DNA of 45,642 nt from the NCBI GenBank assembly GCA_040265735.1, contig JBDQFW010000001.1, positions 1 to 45,642 of the forward strand. The letters run 5' to 3'. Both the position numbers and the translations under genes were made by a program. Below the pieces are notes generated by a model. That model did no database searches. It was not told the origin of the DNA and saw only the letters and a list, made by a program, of their open reading frames with translations. This stretch comes from Planctomycetota bacterium (GTDB taxonomy: Bacteria > Planctomycetota > UBA1135 > GCA-002686595). This document shows, piece by piece, positions 26,905 through 37,915 of the stretch; the first letter of the stretch is position 1; every line of letters begins with the position of its first letter.

Positions 26905-28091
26905 GGCGCGGGGGTGGCGGTCGGGTGGGCCTCGATCCAGTCCACGAGGGCGCGCGCGGCTCCCCGTGGGTCGGTCGAGTCGAAGGTGGCCGCATACGCG
27001 CGGCCCTTCTCCGAGTGTCGGTAGAGGGGGTCGTAGTAGTTCACGAGCAGGTCCTCCACCAGGGGGTCGATGGCGCCGGCGTCCAGGAGCCCGGGGAGAT
27101 CGCGCTCGCCGCCCATCCTCTCCTGCACCGCCGCGAGCTGCTCGCGCAGCTTCGGGAGTCCCGCAGGCCGGGCGAGGTAGTCCTCCGCCAGCACCTGGGT
27201 CCTGCGATCGACGGTGGTCTCCAGGAGGAGGTTCACGCCCCCGTCGAGGGCACCCCAGAGGGACGCTGGGATGATCACATCGCCCACCTTGCGGCTCTCT
27301 CCCTCGAGGACCAGGGGCCCGGGCTCACGGTGGCGCAGCCGCGCGGCGAGCAGGCTCTCGAAGGTCTTCTGAGAGGTCGGTTCCAGCCCCACCATCCCGA
27401 GCAGGCTCGAGCGGTGGCCGGCACAGCCCTCGAGGTCGAGCACCCAGCCGGGCCGCAGGCGCGCCATCTCACGCAGGACGAGGGTCTTGCCGACGCCTGT
27501 CAGCCCGCGCAGCACGAAGGTCGGCGCCCCGGGCCACGCCTCCAGCTCCCCCTGAACCGCCGCGCGGTAGCGCTTGTAGCCGCCCGCGAGGCCGACGGCC
27601 CGCTCGAGGCCCATGGCCCGCAGCAGCCCGACCACGGAGCGCGAGCGCAGGCCGCCGCGCCAGCAGTGCAGCACGACTGCGCCCGCCTCGAGGCTACCGC
27701 CTGCCTCGGGCGCGACGCGTGCGTCCAGGGCCTCGATGCCTTCCGCGGTCGCGGCGCGCACCAGCGCGACCGGATCGAGGGAGGGCGGCGTCCAGCCCAC
27801 GAGGTCGCCGACCTGGTGGACCAGGTCCTCGATACGCCCCTCGATCAACGCCTGCCCGTGCCGGAAGCCCGCCTCCGGCGACTCCTGGGTGTAGGCCAGC
27901 CCGACGAGCGCGCGGCCCGCGTCGTCGAGCAGGGGGACATTGACCGCCCCTGGCACATGGTCATCCGCGAACTCCGCTGGAGTGCGCAGATCCACCACGA
28001 GGGCCTCCGCCGGCCGCGCCAGCACCTCGCGTACATCCACCACCGGAACGGTGGCAAGGCTCGGCAGGCTGGAGGAGTCGGGGGCGCTCAC
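26901..28091 (-). CDS. selU: tRNA 2-selenouridine synthase
   Basis: Rhodanese active-site loop HCWRGGLRS followed by the P-loop GLTGVGKT. Domain order and length match SelU/MnmH. Confidence 0.85.
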   Translation of the reverse strand: MSAPDSSSLPSLATVPVVDVREVLARPAEALVVDLRTPAEFADDHVPGAVNVPLLDDAGRALVGLAYTQESPEAGFRHGQALIEGRIEDLVHQVGDLVGWTPPSLDPVALVRAATAEGIEALDARVAPEAGGSLEAGAVVLHCWRGGLRSRSVVGLLRAMGLERAVGLAGGYKRYRAAVQGELEAWPGAPTFVLRGLTGVGKTLVLREMARLRPGWVLDLEGCAGHRSSLLGMVGLEPTSQKTFESLLAARLRHREPGPLVLEGESRKVGDVIIPASLWGALDGGVNLLLETTVDRRTQVLAEDYLARPAGLPKLREQLAAVQERMGGERDLPGLLDAGAIDPLVEDLLVNYYDPLYRHSEKGRAYAATFDSTDPRGAARALVDWIEAHPTATPAP

Positions 28092-28110
28092 CCCGAGAGC
28101 CTAGCCTCCC

Positions 28111-29235
28111 TCACCGACCCCGCGGACCGCCGCGCCCGCGGCTTCGGCCGGCGGCGAAGCGCCCGGCGAAGCGCACCACCTCCTGGTCGGGAGCGGCTCG
28201 CAGCTGCTCGAGCTCCGCGGGCGGCACGAGGGCCTCCTCCTCGAGGACCCGCAGCACGCGGCCGCGCTGGCGGTGGAGCGCGTGGCGGCGGCGGTCGCGC
28301 GGGGACGCCTCACCCTCGGGCAGGAGGTCCTCGGGCTGCACCTCCAGCGCGGTGTGCAGCCGGCGCACCCCCGGACGACGCCCCGCATCCTGCCCAGCGG
28401 ACGGTCCGCCGCGCCCCTCGACGAGCAGGCTCCGGGCCTCGGGATTCGCCTCCAGGTAGCGCAGGAGTCCGCGGGCGAACGCCTCGGGCTCGAGCTGCTC
28501 GAGCCGAGACCGGTCGAGCCCTTCGGGCCGCTCCTCGAGCTCCTCGAGCCGGCCCAGCACGCGCTCTCGCAGCAGCAGCAAGAGGCTCTGCTTGCGCGCC
28601 TCGAGGGGCAGCTCACCCAGGGGTGCGACGAGCTCCGCGTCCAGCCCAAAGCGCTCCGGCTGTCCGACCATCGCCCCGAGGAGGCGCTCCAGGCGGGACT
28701 CACGCGCACGCTCGAGCGCGCGATGGCGCTCCTCCGGGGGCAGTTCGTCGAGCTTCCCCGCCACCTCCGAGGGCAGATGGCGCAGGGCGCTGCGCGCCTC
28801 GGAGGCTGCACGCGAGAGGACCAGGTCACGCACGACTGCGCGGCGCTCCGAGGAGGGCAGGGCCTGGAGGCGCTCGCGCGTCGCGGCGTCGAGCTCCGCC
28901 GGCAGTCCGCGCTCGAGCTCACGCAGGCGCGTCGCCACCCGGCGGAGGCGGTTGCGCTCCTCGGGCCCGAGCTCCCTCACCTTGCTCCAGCGCGCACGCA
29001 GCTCCGCCTTGCGCTCGGGAGTGAGCGCGGCCCAGCGCTCGGCCGGGCTCATGCGCCGTGCCTGCGGGCGTGACTCCGCCGCGTCACGGACCGGACGCGT
29101 TCCGCGCGCGGGGGCGCCGGTTGCACGCTCAGCCCTGCCCGACTCACCGGTCCGCACGCGGCCTTCCTGGGCCCAGGTCCCGGGTGCCACGAGCAGCAGG
29201 ATCACCGCCGCCGCGAGCGCTGCGCGCCAGCGCAT
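28111..29235 (-). CDS. Secreted Arg/Glu-rich helical-repeat protein (DUF3106-like)
   Basis: Signal peptide MRWRAALAAAVILLLVAPGTWA. Repeated W..L.PE.R..LR..W-type segments (ERWAALTPERKAELRARWSKVRELGPEERNRLRR). TGATG overlap with the anti-sigma stop. Confidence 0.55.
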   Translation of the reverse strand: MRWRAALAAAVILLLVAPGTWAQEGRVRTGESGRAERATGAPARGTRPVRDAAESRPQARRMSPAERWAALTPERKAELRARWSKVRELGPEERNRLRRVATRLRELERGLPAELDAATRERLQALPSSERRAVVRDLVLSRAASEARSALRHLPSEVAGKLDELPPEERHRALERARESRLERLLGAMVGQPERFGLDAELVAPLGELPLEARKQSLLLLLRERVLGRLEELEERPEGLDRSRLEQLEPEAFARGLLRYLEANPEARSLLVEGRGGPSAGQDAGRRPGVRRLHTALEVQPEDLLPEGEASPRDRRRHALHRQRGRVLRVLEEEALVPPAELEQLRAAPDQEVVRFAGRFAAGRSRGRGGPRGR

Positions 29236-29852
29236 CACTGCCCGCCTCCCCACTCCATCAGGAGGGCGTCACCGGGGTCGAGAACCGCAAGCGCCTCGAG
29301 CTCCACCGGCTCCAGGGCCTCAAGCTCGTCCCAGCTCTCCAAGACATCGAGCCAGGCAAGCAGCTCGGGGTCTTCCAGCTCGGCGAGAGGCGCAGGGGTG
29401 ACGTCCATCGCGTCGCGAAGGCCCACCCACGCAAGGACCGCTGCCGCGGCCGCGGCGAGCAGGGGGCGCACCCAGCGCGGGCGCGCGGGCACGGGCTCGA
29501 GCTCGACGTCACGGAGGGTGTCCCGGTCCTCGGCGCGCGCAGCCTCGAGAACGCGGGCCATAAGGTCCGGGGACGGCGGGGGCGGCTCCGGGATCCGGTC
29601 CAGAGCAGCCCACAGAGCACCGTCCAAGGAGTCCCTCAGGCGCGCGAGCAGCCGCTCGAGGTCGACCCCATGGGCTGTTCCTCCAGTAGCCAGGTCGAGC
29701 AGCGCATCGAGGGCCTCCTCCTCCCCGCACAGGTTCCGGCAGCCCTCACAGGTCGCGAGGTGAGCGCGGTGGTGGGGCTGGAGGAGCGGCGGGCGGCCCC
29801 CCTCGAGGGCATCGAGGAGCGCCGCGCGAACGGCATCACAGGTGGGTTTCAT
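29235..29852 (-). CDS. Anti-sigma factor (zf-HC2 type), single-pass membrane
   Basis: HLATCEGCRNLC motif. Hydrophobic segment LLAAAAAAVLAWVGL. ATGA overlap with the ECF sigma stop. Confidence 0.7.
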   Translation of the reverse strand: MKPTCDAVRAALLDALEGGRPPLLQPHHRAHLATCEGCRNLCGEEEALDALLDLATGGTAHGVDLERLLARLRDSLDGALWAALDRIPEPPPPSPDLMARVLEAARAEDRDTLRDVELEPVPARPRWVRPLLAAAAAAVLAWVGLRDAMDVTPAPLAELEDPELLAWLDVLESWDELEALEPVELEALAVLDPGDALLMEWGGGQ

Positions 29853-30460
29853 ACGAGGTCCTCCGCAAGCAGCGGGGCAAGCCGCGTGCGCAGGTTCTCG
29901 CGCGCGCGGTGGATCAGGGACTTCACGGCCTGCTCCTTCAGACCGAGCACCTCGCCGATCTCGGCGTAGGGCTGGTGCTCGAACTTGGCCAGGACGAGGG
30001 CCATGCGCTGACGCTCGGGGAGCTCCGCGATCGCGACCTGCACGGCCTCCACCAGGTCGGCGCGCTCGAGGCTCTCGGAGGGGCTCGGCGCGAGCTCGTC
30101 CTCCACCTCCAGGTCGGCACCCTCGTCGTCGAAGGCGCTGAGCGAGCGCGCGGTGGGGCGCCTGCGCTCGGTGTGGTTGATGGAGAGGTTGTAGACGATG
30201 CGGAAGAGCCAGGTCGTGAAGCGCGCCGTGGGCTCGTAGCGATCGCGAGCGCGCACGACGCGCAGGAAGACCTCCTGCACCAGGTCATCCAGCGGGGCCC
30301 GCGGCCCAAGGAAGCGGATGAGCAGCCCGTGCACGCGACCCAGGTGGGTCTGGACCAGGCGCTCGAAGGCCGCCTCGTCCCCGGCCTGCCAAGCCACCAT
30401 CAGCTCGGCGCCCTCGTCGAGCTCGGCGAGGGGGGCAGGTTCCTGGAAGGGCTCGGTCAT
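29849..30460 (-). CDS. ECF (group 4) RNA polymerase sigma factor
   Basis: Region 2 (DDLVQEVFLRVVRARDRYEPTARFTTWLFRIVYNLSIN) and region 4 (PYAEIGEVLGLKEQAVKSLIHRAR). Start trimmed to the ATG at 30460. The upstream part of the ORF is translated repeat and intergenic DNA. Confidence 0.9.
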   Translation of the reverse strand: MTEPFQEPAPLAELDEGAELMVAWQAGDEAAFERLVQTHLGRVHGLLIRFLGPRAPLDDLVQEVFLRVVRARDRYEPTARFTTWLFRIVYNLSINHTERRRPTARSLSAFDDEGADLEVEDELAPSPSESLERADLVEAVQVAIAELPERQRMALVLAKFEHQPYAEIGEVLGLKEQAVKSLIHRARENLRTRLAPLLAEDLV

Positions 30461-30610
30461 GGGGACGGGGTCGGGATGCAGGGCAGGCTCCGGCCCCGGC
30501 GGCCCCCGAACCCCCTCGGGGGCCGTAGGTTCCGGCGGACCGACCGAGCCTGACCCAGGATGCCGCCGCACGGGGCCGGCGCAAGGTCTGCGACCCGGGG
30601 GATACTCAAG

Positions 30611-30694
30611 GCCGCGGTGTGTCCTGCGCTCAACGCCGCGGTGCCCTCTGCGCTCAGAGCCGCGGTGACCTCTGCGCTCAGAGCCGCGGTGACC
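30611..30694. repeat. Tandem repeat, 24-nt unit, about 3.5 copies
   Basis: Units are gccgcggtgtgtcctgcgctcaac / gccgcggtgccctctgcgctcaga / gccgcggtgacctctgcgctcaga / gccgcggtgacc(partial). Read directly from the sequence. Confidence 0.9.
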
Positions 30695-31736
30695 CCAGCG
30701 GGCCCAGCACCCGACCGACCAGCTCCGAGAGGGGGACTGGTCCGAACTCGCGGCTGTCCGCCGATCGCCTCGAGGCATCCCCGAGCAGGAAGACCTCGCC
30801 AGGTCCAAGGCGCACGGGCGAGTCCACCGCGAAGCTGCCGCGGCGCGTGTAGTGCAGGTCGCGCGCGAGGAGGAGCCCCGAGAGGCGCGCGTCCCCGCCG
30901 GCGCAGTCGAGAACGGCCCGAGGTCCGGATCCCCCAGGCGAAGCCGCCCCGAACTCGGCGCGCAGAACGAGCACTCCGTTGACCCGCACGAGGAGCGTGT
31001 CGTCGAGGTTCGCGAGGCTCACGCGCGCGCCAGGGGCGCACGGCTCATCCACCCGTCCAAGCTCGGTCCGCAGCACGGGCCCCGCCTGCCCTGACCCCGG
31101 CAGGCGCGTGAGGCGCCACAGGACCAGTCCCTCGGCGGAGGCTTCGAGGCGAGCGTGCTCGCCGCCCTCGCGCAGGGTGATCCCAAGGGTCGCCGCCGGG
31201 TCGAGCTCGAGGCCCTCAACGGTCAGCTCCAGGTCGCCCACGACCTCCTCCCCCGGGACCCAGGACCCTGCCGGGTCCAGGTGTCCGTCGGTGAGTTCGA
31301 GCACGGTCTCGAGGGTCAGGCCCTCCGGCAGGGTCCATCCCCCTGCGCCGGCCTCGGGCAGCGTCGTGCTCCAGAGCGACGACCAACCCCACCGCGCGAG
31401 GTCGAAGATCGGCACGAGAGGCAACTCGGCCGCGCTGCGATCTAGGCGCTCCCGGTCCACCAGCAGGTCCCCCGCTGAGGTGATCGAGAGCTCCTCTCCG
31501 GGCAGCCCCACCACGCGCTTCACCAGCGGATCCGCCTCGGCCGCGCGCACGACAACCACCTCTCCGCGCTCGGGCAGCGAGGTGTCGAACAGCACCGCCA
31601 CCCGCTGACCGGGCAGCAGGGTGGGCACCATGGAGGAGGAGCCCACCGTGAAGAGGTCGCCCACGAAGGCGCGCACGGCGACGAACGCCGTCAGCAGGAG
31701 GGCAAGACCCCAGGCGAGGGACTTCAGGCGCAGCAT
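30678..31736 (-). CDS. lepB: Signal peptidase I (S26 family)
   Basis: N-terminal TM helix. GSSSMVPTL (catalytic Ser box), KRVVGLPGE (Lys box) and LLGDASRRSADSREFGPV (box E). Confidence 0.8.
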   Translation of the reverse strand: MLRLKSLAWGLALLLTAFVAVRAFVGDLFTVGSSSMVPTLLPGQRVAVLFDTSLPERGEVVVVRAAEADPLVKRVVGLPGEELSITSAGDLLVDRERLDRSAAELPLVPIFDLARWGWSSLWSTTLPEAGAGGWTLPEGLTLETVLELTDGHLDPAGSWVPGEEVVGDLELTVEGLELDPAATLGITLREGGEHARLEASAEGLVLWRLTRLPGSGQAGPVLRTELGRVDEPCAPGARVSLANLDDTLLVRVNGVLVLRAEFGAASPGGSGPRAVLDCAGGDARLSGLLLARDLHYTRRGSFAVDSPVRLGPGEVFLLGDASRRSADSREFGPVPLSELVGRVLGPLGSPRL

Positions 31737-31742
31737 CGCGCG

Positions 31743-33098
31743 CTAGGCCTGGAGGAGAGCCTTGGCAACGGCCACGAACAGCACCGACCCCGACACGTCC
31801 GAGAGGCAGATGAGGAAGGGCCCGGCGACGATGGCCGGATCGATCCCCATGCGCATGCAGACGACCGGGACCGAGGTCCCCATGAGGGCCGCACACAGGA
31901 TGGCCGCGGCGGTGGCGATGCCCACGGCCAGGCCGAGCTGGCCAGGCTCGAGCAGGCTGACGACGCCCGCGAGCAGGAGGCCACAGATGAACCCGATCAC
32001 GACGCCCACAAGGGTCTCGCTGCGCAGCATGGCGCGCTGGCGCGGCCCCTCGAGCTCGCCCATGGCGATCGCGCGCACGAGGATCGTGCTGGACTGGACG
32101 CCCACATTGCCCGCGAGCCCGATGATGAGCGGCAGGTAGCGGAGGATGTCGCTCGTCCCCGCGCCCTCGCCAGGCGCCTCGAGGAACCAGCGCAGGACCT
32201 TCGCGCTGAGCAGGCCGGAGAGGACCGTGATGCCCATCAGGGGCAGCCGATTGCGTACGCGGCGCAGGACGGTCGCCCGCCCGTGGAGGCTCTCGACGCT
32301 GGCGCCGGCCATCCGCAGCAGGTCCTCCTCGGCCTCCTCCGCAAGCACCTCGGCCGCGTCGTCGGCCGAGATGACGCCGATGAGGGAGCCCCCCTCATCG
32401 ACCACGCCGAGGCTCAGAAGGCCGTACTTCTCGACGAGGCGCGCCGCCTCCTCCTGGTCCTGTGCAACGCCAACGGTGATCGGCTCCACCATCGCCTCGA
32501 GCACGGGCGTGTGGATGGGCTGGCTGAGCAGCACGCGGTCGGGGAGGAAGCCGAGGGGCTTGCCCTCATCGTCCACGACGAAGACCGCCAGCTCCTCCTC
32601 GGCGTCGTCGCCCTGCTTGCGGATCGCCTTGACTGCGTCACCGACGCGCTCGTCCGGCCCGACCGTGACGAACTCGGTGGCCATGATGCCGCCGGCCGTG
32701 TCGGGCTCGTGGGCCGCCAGCTCGCGCAGCTCCTGAGCGGTCTCGGAGTCGATCGCCGCGAGGACGTCCTCGGCGACGCGCGTGTCGGCCTCACCCAGGA
32801 GGTCTGCAGCCTCGTCCGAGGGCAGCTCATCGAGCACGCCGCGCAGGTCGCCCGCGCTCATGCGCACGATGAGGACCGCCCGCAGGTCGTCGTCGGCGTA
32901 CTCGATCAGCTCGGCCTGGTCCTCCGTGCGCAGCTCGCCGAACACGCGCCAGGCGTCCTCGGCGCCCACGTCCCGCAGCCACTGGGCACGATCCGCCGCG
33001 TGCACCCCCTCCAGGTACCGCGCGGCCTGGCCCGGCGAGGTCTCGAGCAGGGAGCGGAACTCCCCTGCGTTCTTGTCCTCCTTGCCGGCCTGCACCAT
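31743..33098 (-). CDS. mgtE: Magnesium transporter MgtE
   Basis: N-domain plus a tandem CBS region, and a C-terminal five-helix membrane domain with the PLIIGLAGNVGVQS and GPFLICLSDVSG blocks. Confidence 0.9.
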   Translation of the reverse strand: MVQAGKEDKNAGEFRSLLETSPGQAARYLEGVHAADRAQWLRDVGAEDAWRVFGELRTEDQAELIEYADDDLRAVLIVRMSAGDLRGVLDELPSDEAADLLGEADTRVAEDVLAAIDSETAQELRELAAHEPDTAGGIMATEFVTVGPDERVGDAVKAIRKQGDDAEEELAVFVVDDEGKPLGFLPDRVLLSQPIHTPVLEAMVEPITVGVAQDQEEAARLVEKYGLLSLGVVDEGGSLIGVISADDAAEVLAEEAEEDLLRMAGASVESLHGRATVLRRVRNRLPLMGITVLSGLLSAKVLRWFLEAPGEGAGTSDILRYLPLIIGLAGNVGVQSSTILVRAIAMGELEGPRQRAMLRSETLVGVVIGFICGLLLAGVVSLLEPGQLGLAVGIATAAAILCAALMGTSVPVVCMRMGIDPAIVAGPFLICLSDVSGSVLFVAVAKALLQA

Positions 33099-33198
33099 GG
33101 GCGCATCCTAGCCCCCTCCCGACCCGCTCGCCCCACCAGGTGCGGCTCCCCCGTACCATGCAGGGCGCGCCCCGCCGCGCCGAACCCCAAGTGAAGCC

Positions 33199-34407
33199 AT
33201 GACCGCCGAAGACCGCGAGTTGATCCACGACTGGAACCAGGACCCCGCCCCCGGCTTCCGCGTGCAGCTGGACGACGAGACCCTCCGGGACGGCCTTCAG
33301 AGCCCCTCCGCCCTGGACCCGAGCCTGGACGACAAGCTCGCTCTCGTCCGCATCATGGACGACCTCGGCATCGACACGGCCAACGTGGGTCTCCCCGGCG
33401 CCAGCGCGAAGGCGCGCGAGCACATCCTGGCCCTGTGCCGGGAGATGGCGGACCTCAACATCACGCCCAACGTGGCCTGCCGGACCCTGGTGTCCGACAT
33501 CGCACCCGCGGCCGAGGTCGCCCAGCAGGTCGGCTCGCCGGTCGAGGTCTGCGCCTTCATCGGCTCCTCCCCCATCCGGATGTACGCGGAGGGCTGGGAG
33601 ATCGAGAAGATGGTGGCCCTCTCGAAGGAGGCCGTCTCATTCGCGACCGGCGAGGGCCTCCCGTGCATGTTCGTGACCGAGGACACGACGCGCGCCCACC
33701 CCGATCACGTTCGGGCCCTGTACGAGACGGCGATCGAGGCCGGCGCCAAGCGCATCTGCGTGTGCGACACCTGCGGGCATGTGACGCCCTCGGGCGTGCG
33801 CTCCCTGATCACCTTCGTCAGGAAGATCGTCGAGGAGAGCGGGCAGGACGTCGGGATCGACTGGCACGGTCACCGCGACCGAGGCCTCGGCCTCGCCAAC
33901 GCCCTGGCCGCCATCGAGGCCGGCGCCACCCGCATCCACGGCTCGGCCATGGGCGTGGGCGAGCGCACGGGCAACGTGGAGATGGACCTGCTCCTGGTGA
34001 ATCTGAAGCTGCTGGGGTGGTTCGACGGGGACCTGACTGCCCTCACGGACTACGTGCAGCTCGCGGCGCGCTCCGTGGGCGTCCCGCTGCCCCCGAACTA
34101 CGCCGTCTTCGGCAAGGACGCGTTCGAGACCTCGACGGGCGTCCATGCGGCCGCGGTGATCAAGGCCTTCAAGAAGGGCGACCACTGGCTGGCGAACCGC
34201 GTCTACTCGGGCGTCCCCGCCGACCTGTTCGGTCTGGAGCAGAAGATCGCGGTGGGCCCCATGTCCGGCAAGTCGAACATCGTGTGGGTCCTCGAGCGCC
34301 ACGGCGTGGAGCCGAGCGACGAGCGCATCGAGAGGGTCCTCCAGGCTGCGAAGACCTCCAACCGTCAGCTGACGGACGAAGAGGTCGTGGCGGCGGCCGC
34401 CGGCTGA
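33199..34407 (+). CDS. HMGL-like / 2-isopropylmalate-synthase-family (LeuA-like) protein, short form lacking the LeuA regulatory domain
   Basis: DETLRDGLQS start of the DRE-TIM barrel. CDTCGHVTP and HGHRDRGLGLANALAAIEAGA...GVGERTGN metal-binding blocks. Confidence 0.8.
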   Translation: MTAEDRELIHDWNQDPAPGFRVQLDDETLRDGLQSPSALDPSLDDKLALVRIMDDLGIDTANVGLPGASAKAREHILALCREMADLNITPNVACRTLVSDIAPAAEVAQQVGSPVEVCAFIGSSPIRMYAEGWEIEKMVALSKEAVSFATGEGLPCMFVTEDTTRAHPDHVRALYETAIEAGAKRICVCDTCGHVTPSGVRSLITFVRKIVEESGQDVGIDWHGHRDRGLGLANALAAIEAGATRIHGSAMGVGERTGNVEMDLLLVNLKLLGWFDGDLTALTDYVQLAARSVGVPLPPNYAVFGKDAFETSTGVHAAAVIKAFKKGDHWLANRVYSGVPADLFGLEQKIAVGPMSGKSNIVWVLERHGVEPSDERIERVLQAAKTSNRQLTDEEVVAAAAG

Positions 34408-34544
34408 GGCCCCCGCGCAGGCGAGAGGGGCTCCACTGCGGAGCGCGCAAGTTTCCGCGCGCCCCGCAACCGGGCTCCGCCCCGCGCGTCCCAGGGAGGG
34501 CGGGGGAGGCGGTGGCCCCCCAGGCCGAGCGCGGGGCCGAATAA

Positions 34545-36812
<2,268 letters not shown>

Positions 36813-36817
36813 CTACG

Positions 36818-36849
36818 AAGCGACCCAGCCCGCAGGGGCTGGGTCGCTT
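36818..36849. terminator. Hairpin terminator between convergent icd and the DUF72 gene
   Basis: Perfect 14-bp stem aagcgacccagccc / gggctgggtcgctt with the 4-nt loop gcag, starting 6 nt after the icd stop. Confidence 0.6.
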
Positions 36850-37015
36850 GGACCTGTGTTCACCCAGGCAGGCTCCCTGAAGGACTCTCGCGACATCCGG
36901 CAGTTCGACCGGGGGCCCCTGCCTAGGATTCGGCCAGCAGCAGGGCTGAAACCGGCCCTGAGCCTGCAACCTGCGAGAGGACTGTTCGTCCCGGGTGGGT
37001 GGGGGTGGCGGCGGC

Positions 37016-37915
37016 CTACCTCGGCTCCTCTCCGCCGAACATCCCCTGCTGACCCTGCACGCGCGTCAGCGGCTCCAGGTGCGGGAACGCCTCGACCAGC
37101 GTGGCTGGGGCGGCCACCGGCTCTCGCCCCCCCAGGAGCCACTTCAGCTCGAGGGCGTTGGCGACGGCCTGCCCCTCGAAGTGGTTGTTCGTGACCACCC
37201 AGGTCTGATCGACCTCGCGCGCGATGGCGTCCGCCCGCTTCGCCAGCTCCCCGACCTCTGGGGGCGAGTACAGGTAGTCGTAGCGCGCGTCGCGCCCGAT
37301 GCCCGGCTGGAACCAGGTCGAATGGTTGCGACCGTGGAGCCGCAGGTAGCCGATGGGGCCCGTCGGCCGGAAGCGCACGGGCGGATGGTCCCAGGAGCTC
37401 GGCAGGTCCACATGGGCCACCGAGTAGCCGAGCCCGCCGACGCTCTTCAGCTGGGGCGGCTCGAACCAAGAGCGATGGCGCACCTCGAGGACCAGCGGTA
37501 GGGGGTCGAGGAGGCTCTGGATGTGGCCGAGGCGGCGGACCTCGTCAGGACCCGCATGGAAGGTGGCCGGGAACTGCACCAGCACGCCACAGAGCAGCCT
37601 CCGGCGCACGAGCGGCACGAGGGCCTCGTGGAGTGCGCGGGCCTCCTCCTCCCACGCCGGGAGATCCACGGGCCCGTGGGTGAAGCGCTGGCTCGCCTTC
37701 ACCGTGAAGCGGAAGTCCGGAACGCCCTGCACGGCCTCGACCCAGCGAGCCACCACCTCGGAGCGCGTGCGCGCGTAGAAGGTCGCGTTGACCTCCACGC
37801 CGTCGAGGACCTGGGCCAGGAGGGCCAGCGGGTGCACCCCACGGGGCAGCGGCTGCGGATGCACGCGCCCCGCCCAGTCGGGATAGGACCAGCCTGCCGT
37901 GGCGACTCGGATCAC
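37016..37915 (-). CDS. DUF72 (YecE/UPF0759) family protein
   Basis: ATAGWSYPDW...VEVNATFY...RFTVKA...LHGRN blocks typical of DUF72. GTG start overlapping the upstream stop (GTGA). Confidence 0.85.
   Translation of the reverse strand: MIRVATAGWSYPDWAGRVHPQPLPRGVHPLALLAQVLDGVEVNATFYARTRSEVVARWVEAVQGVPDFRFTVKASQRFTHGPVDLPAWEEEARALHEALVPLVRRRLLCGVLVQFPATFHAGPDEVRRLGHIQSLLDPLPLVLEVRHRSWFEPPQLKSVGGLGYSVAHVDLPSSWDHPPVRFRPTGPIGYLRLHGRNHSTWFQPGIGRDARYDYLYSPPEVGELAKRADAIAREVDQTWVVTNNHFEGQAVANALELKWLLGGREPVAAPATLVEAFPHLEPLTRVQGQQGMFGGEEPR

Noticed and set aside
22354-27024. A 1556-aa plus-strand ORF, the longest in the track.
   Set aside because: It runs antisense to purF, pepN, the small membrane ORF and the 3' end of selU, all of which carry unmistakable catalytic motifs. 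Its translation is Arg/Gly/Ala/Pro/Val/His-rich and low in complexity, which is typical of a shadow frame in very G+C-rich DNA.
30611-30694. Possible CRISPR array.
   Set aside because: The units are directly adjacent with no spacers, there are only about 3.5 copies, and no cas genes lie nearby. It is a simple tandem repeat.
30678-31736. An unusually large insertion in signal peptidase I (352 aa).
   Set aside because: Gram-negative-type LepB proteins commonly carry a large beta-sheet domain between the Lys box and box E, and all catalytic boxes are intact. This is not clearly anomalous without an alignment.
33099-33198. M-box (Mg) riboswitch in the mgtE leader.
   Set aside because: Only about 100 nt separate mgtE from the divergent LeuA-like gene. 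That is too short for an M-box plus two promoters, and no conserved M-box segments were recognised.
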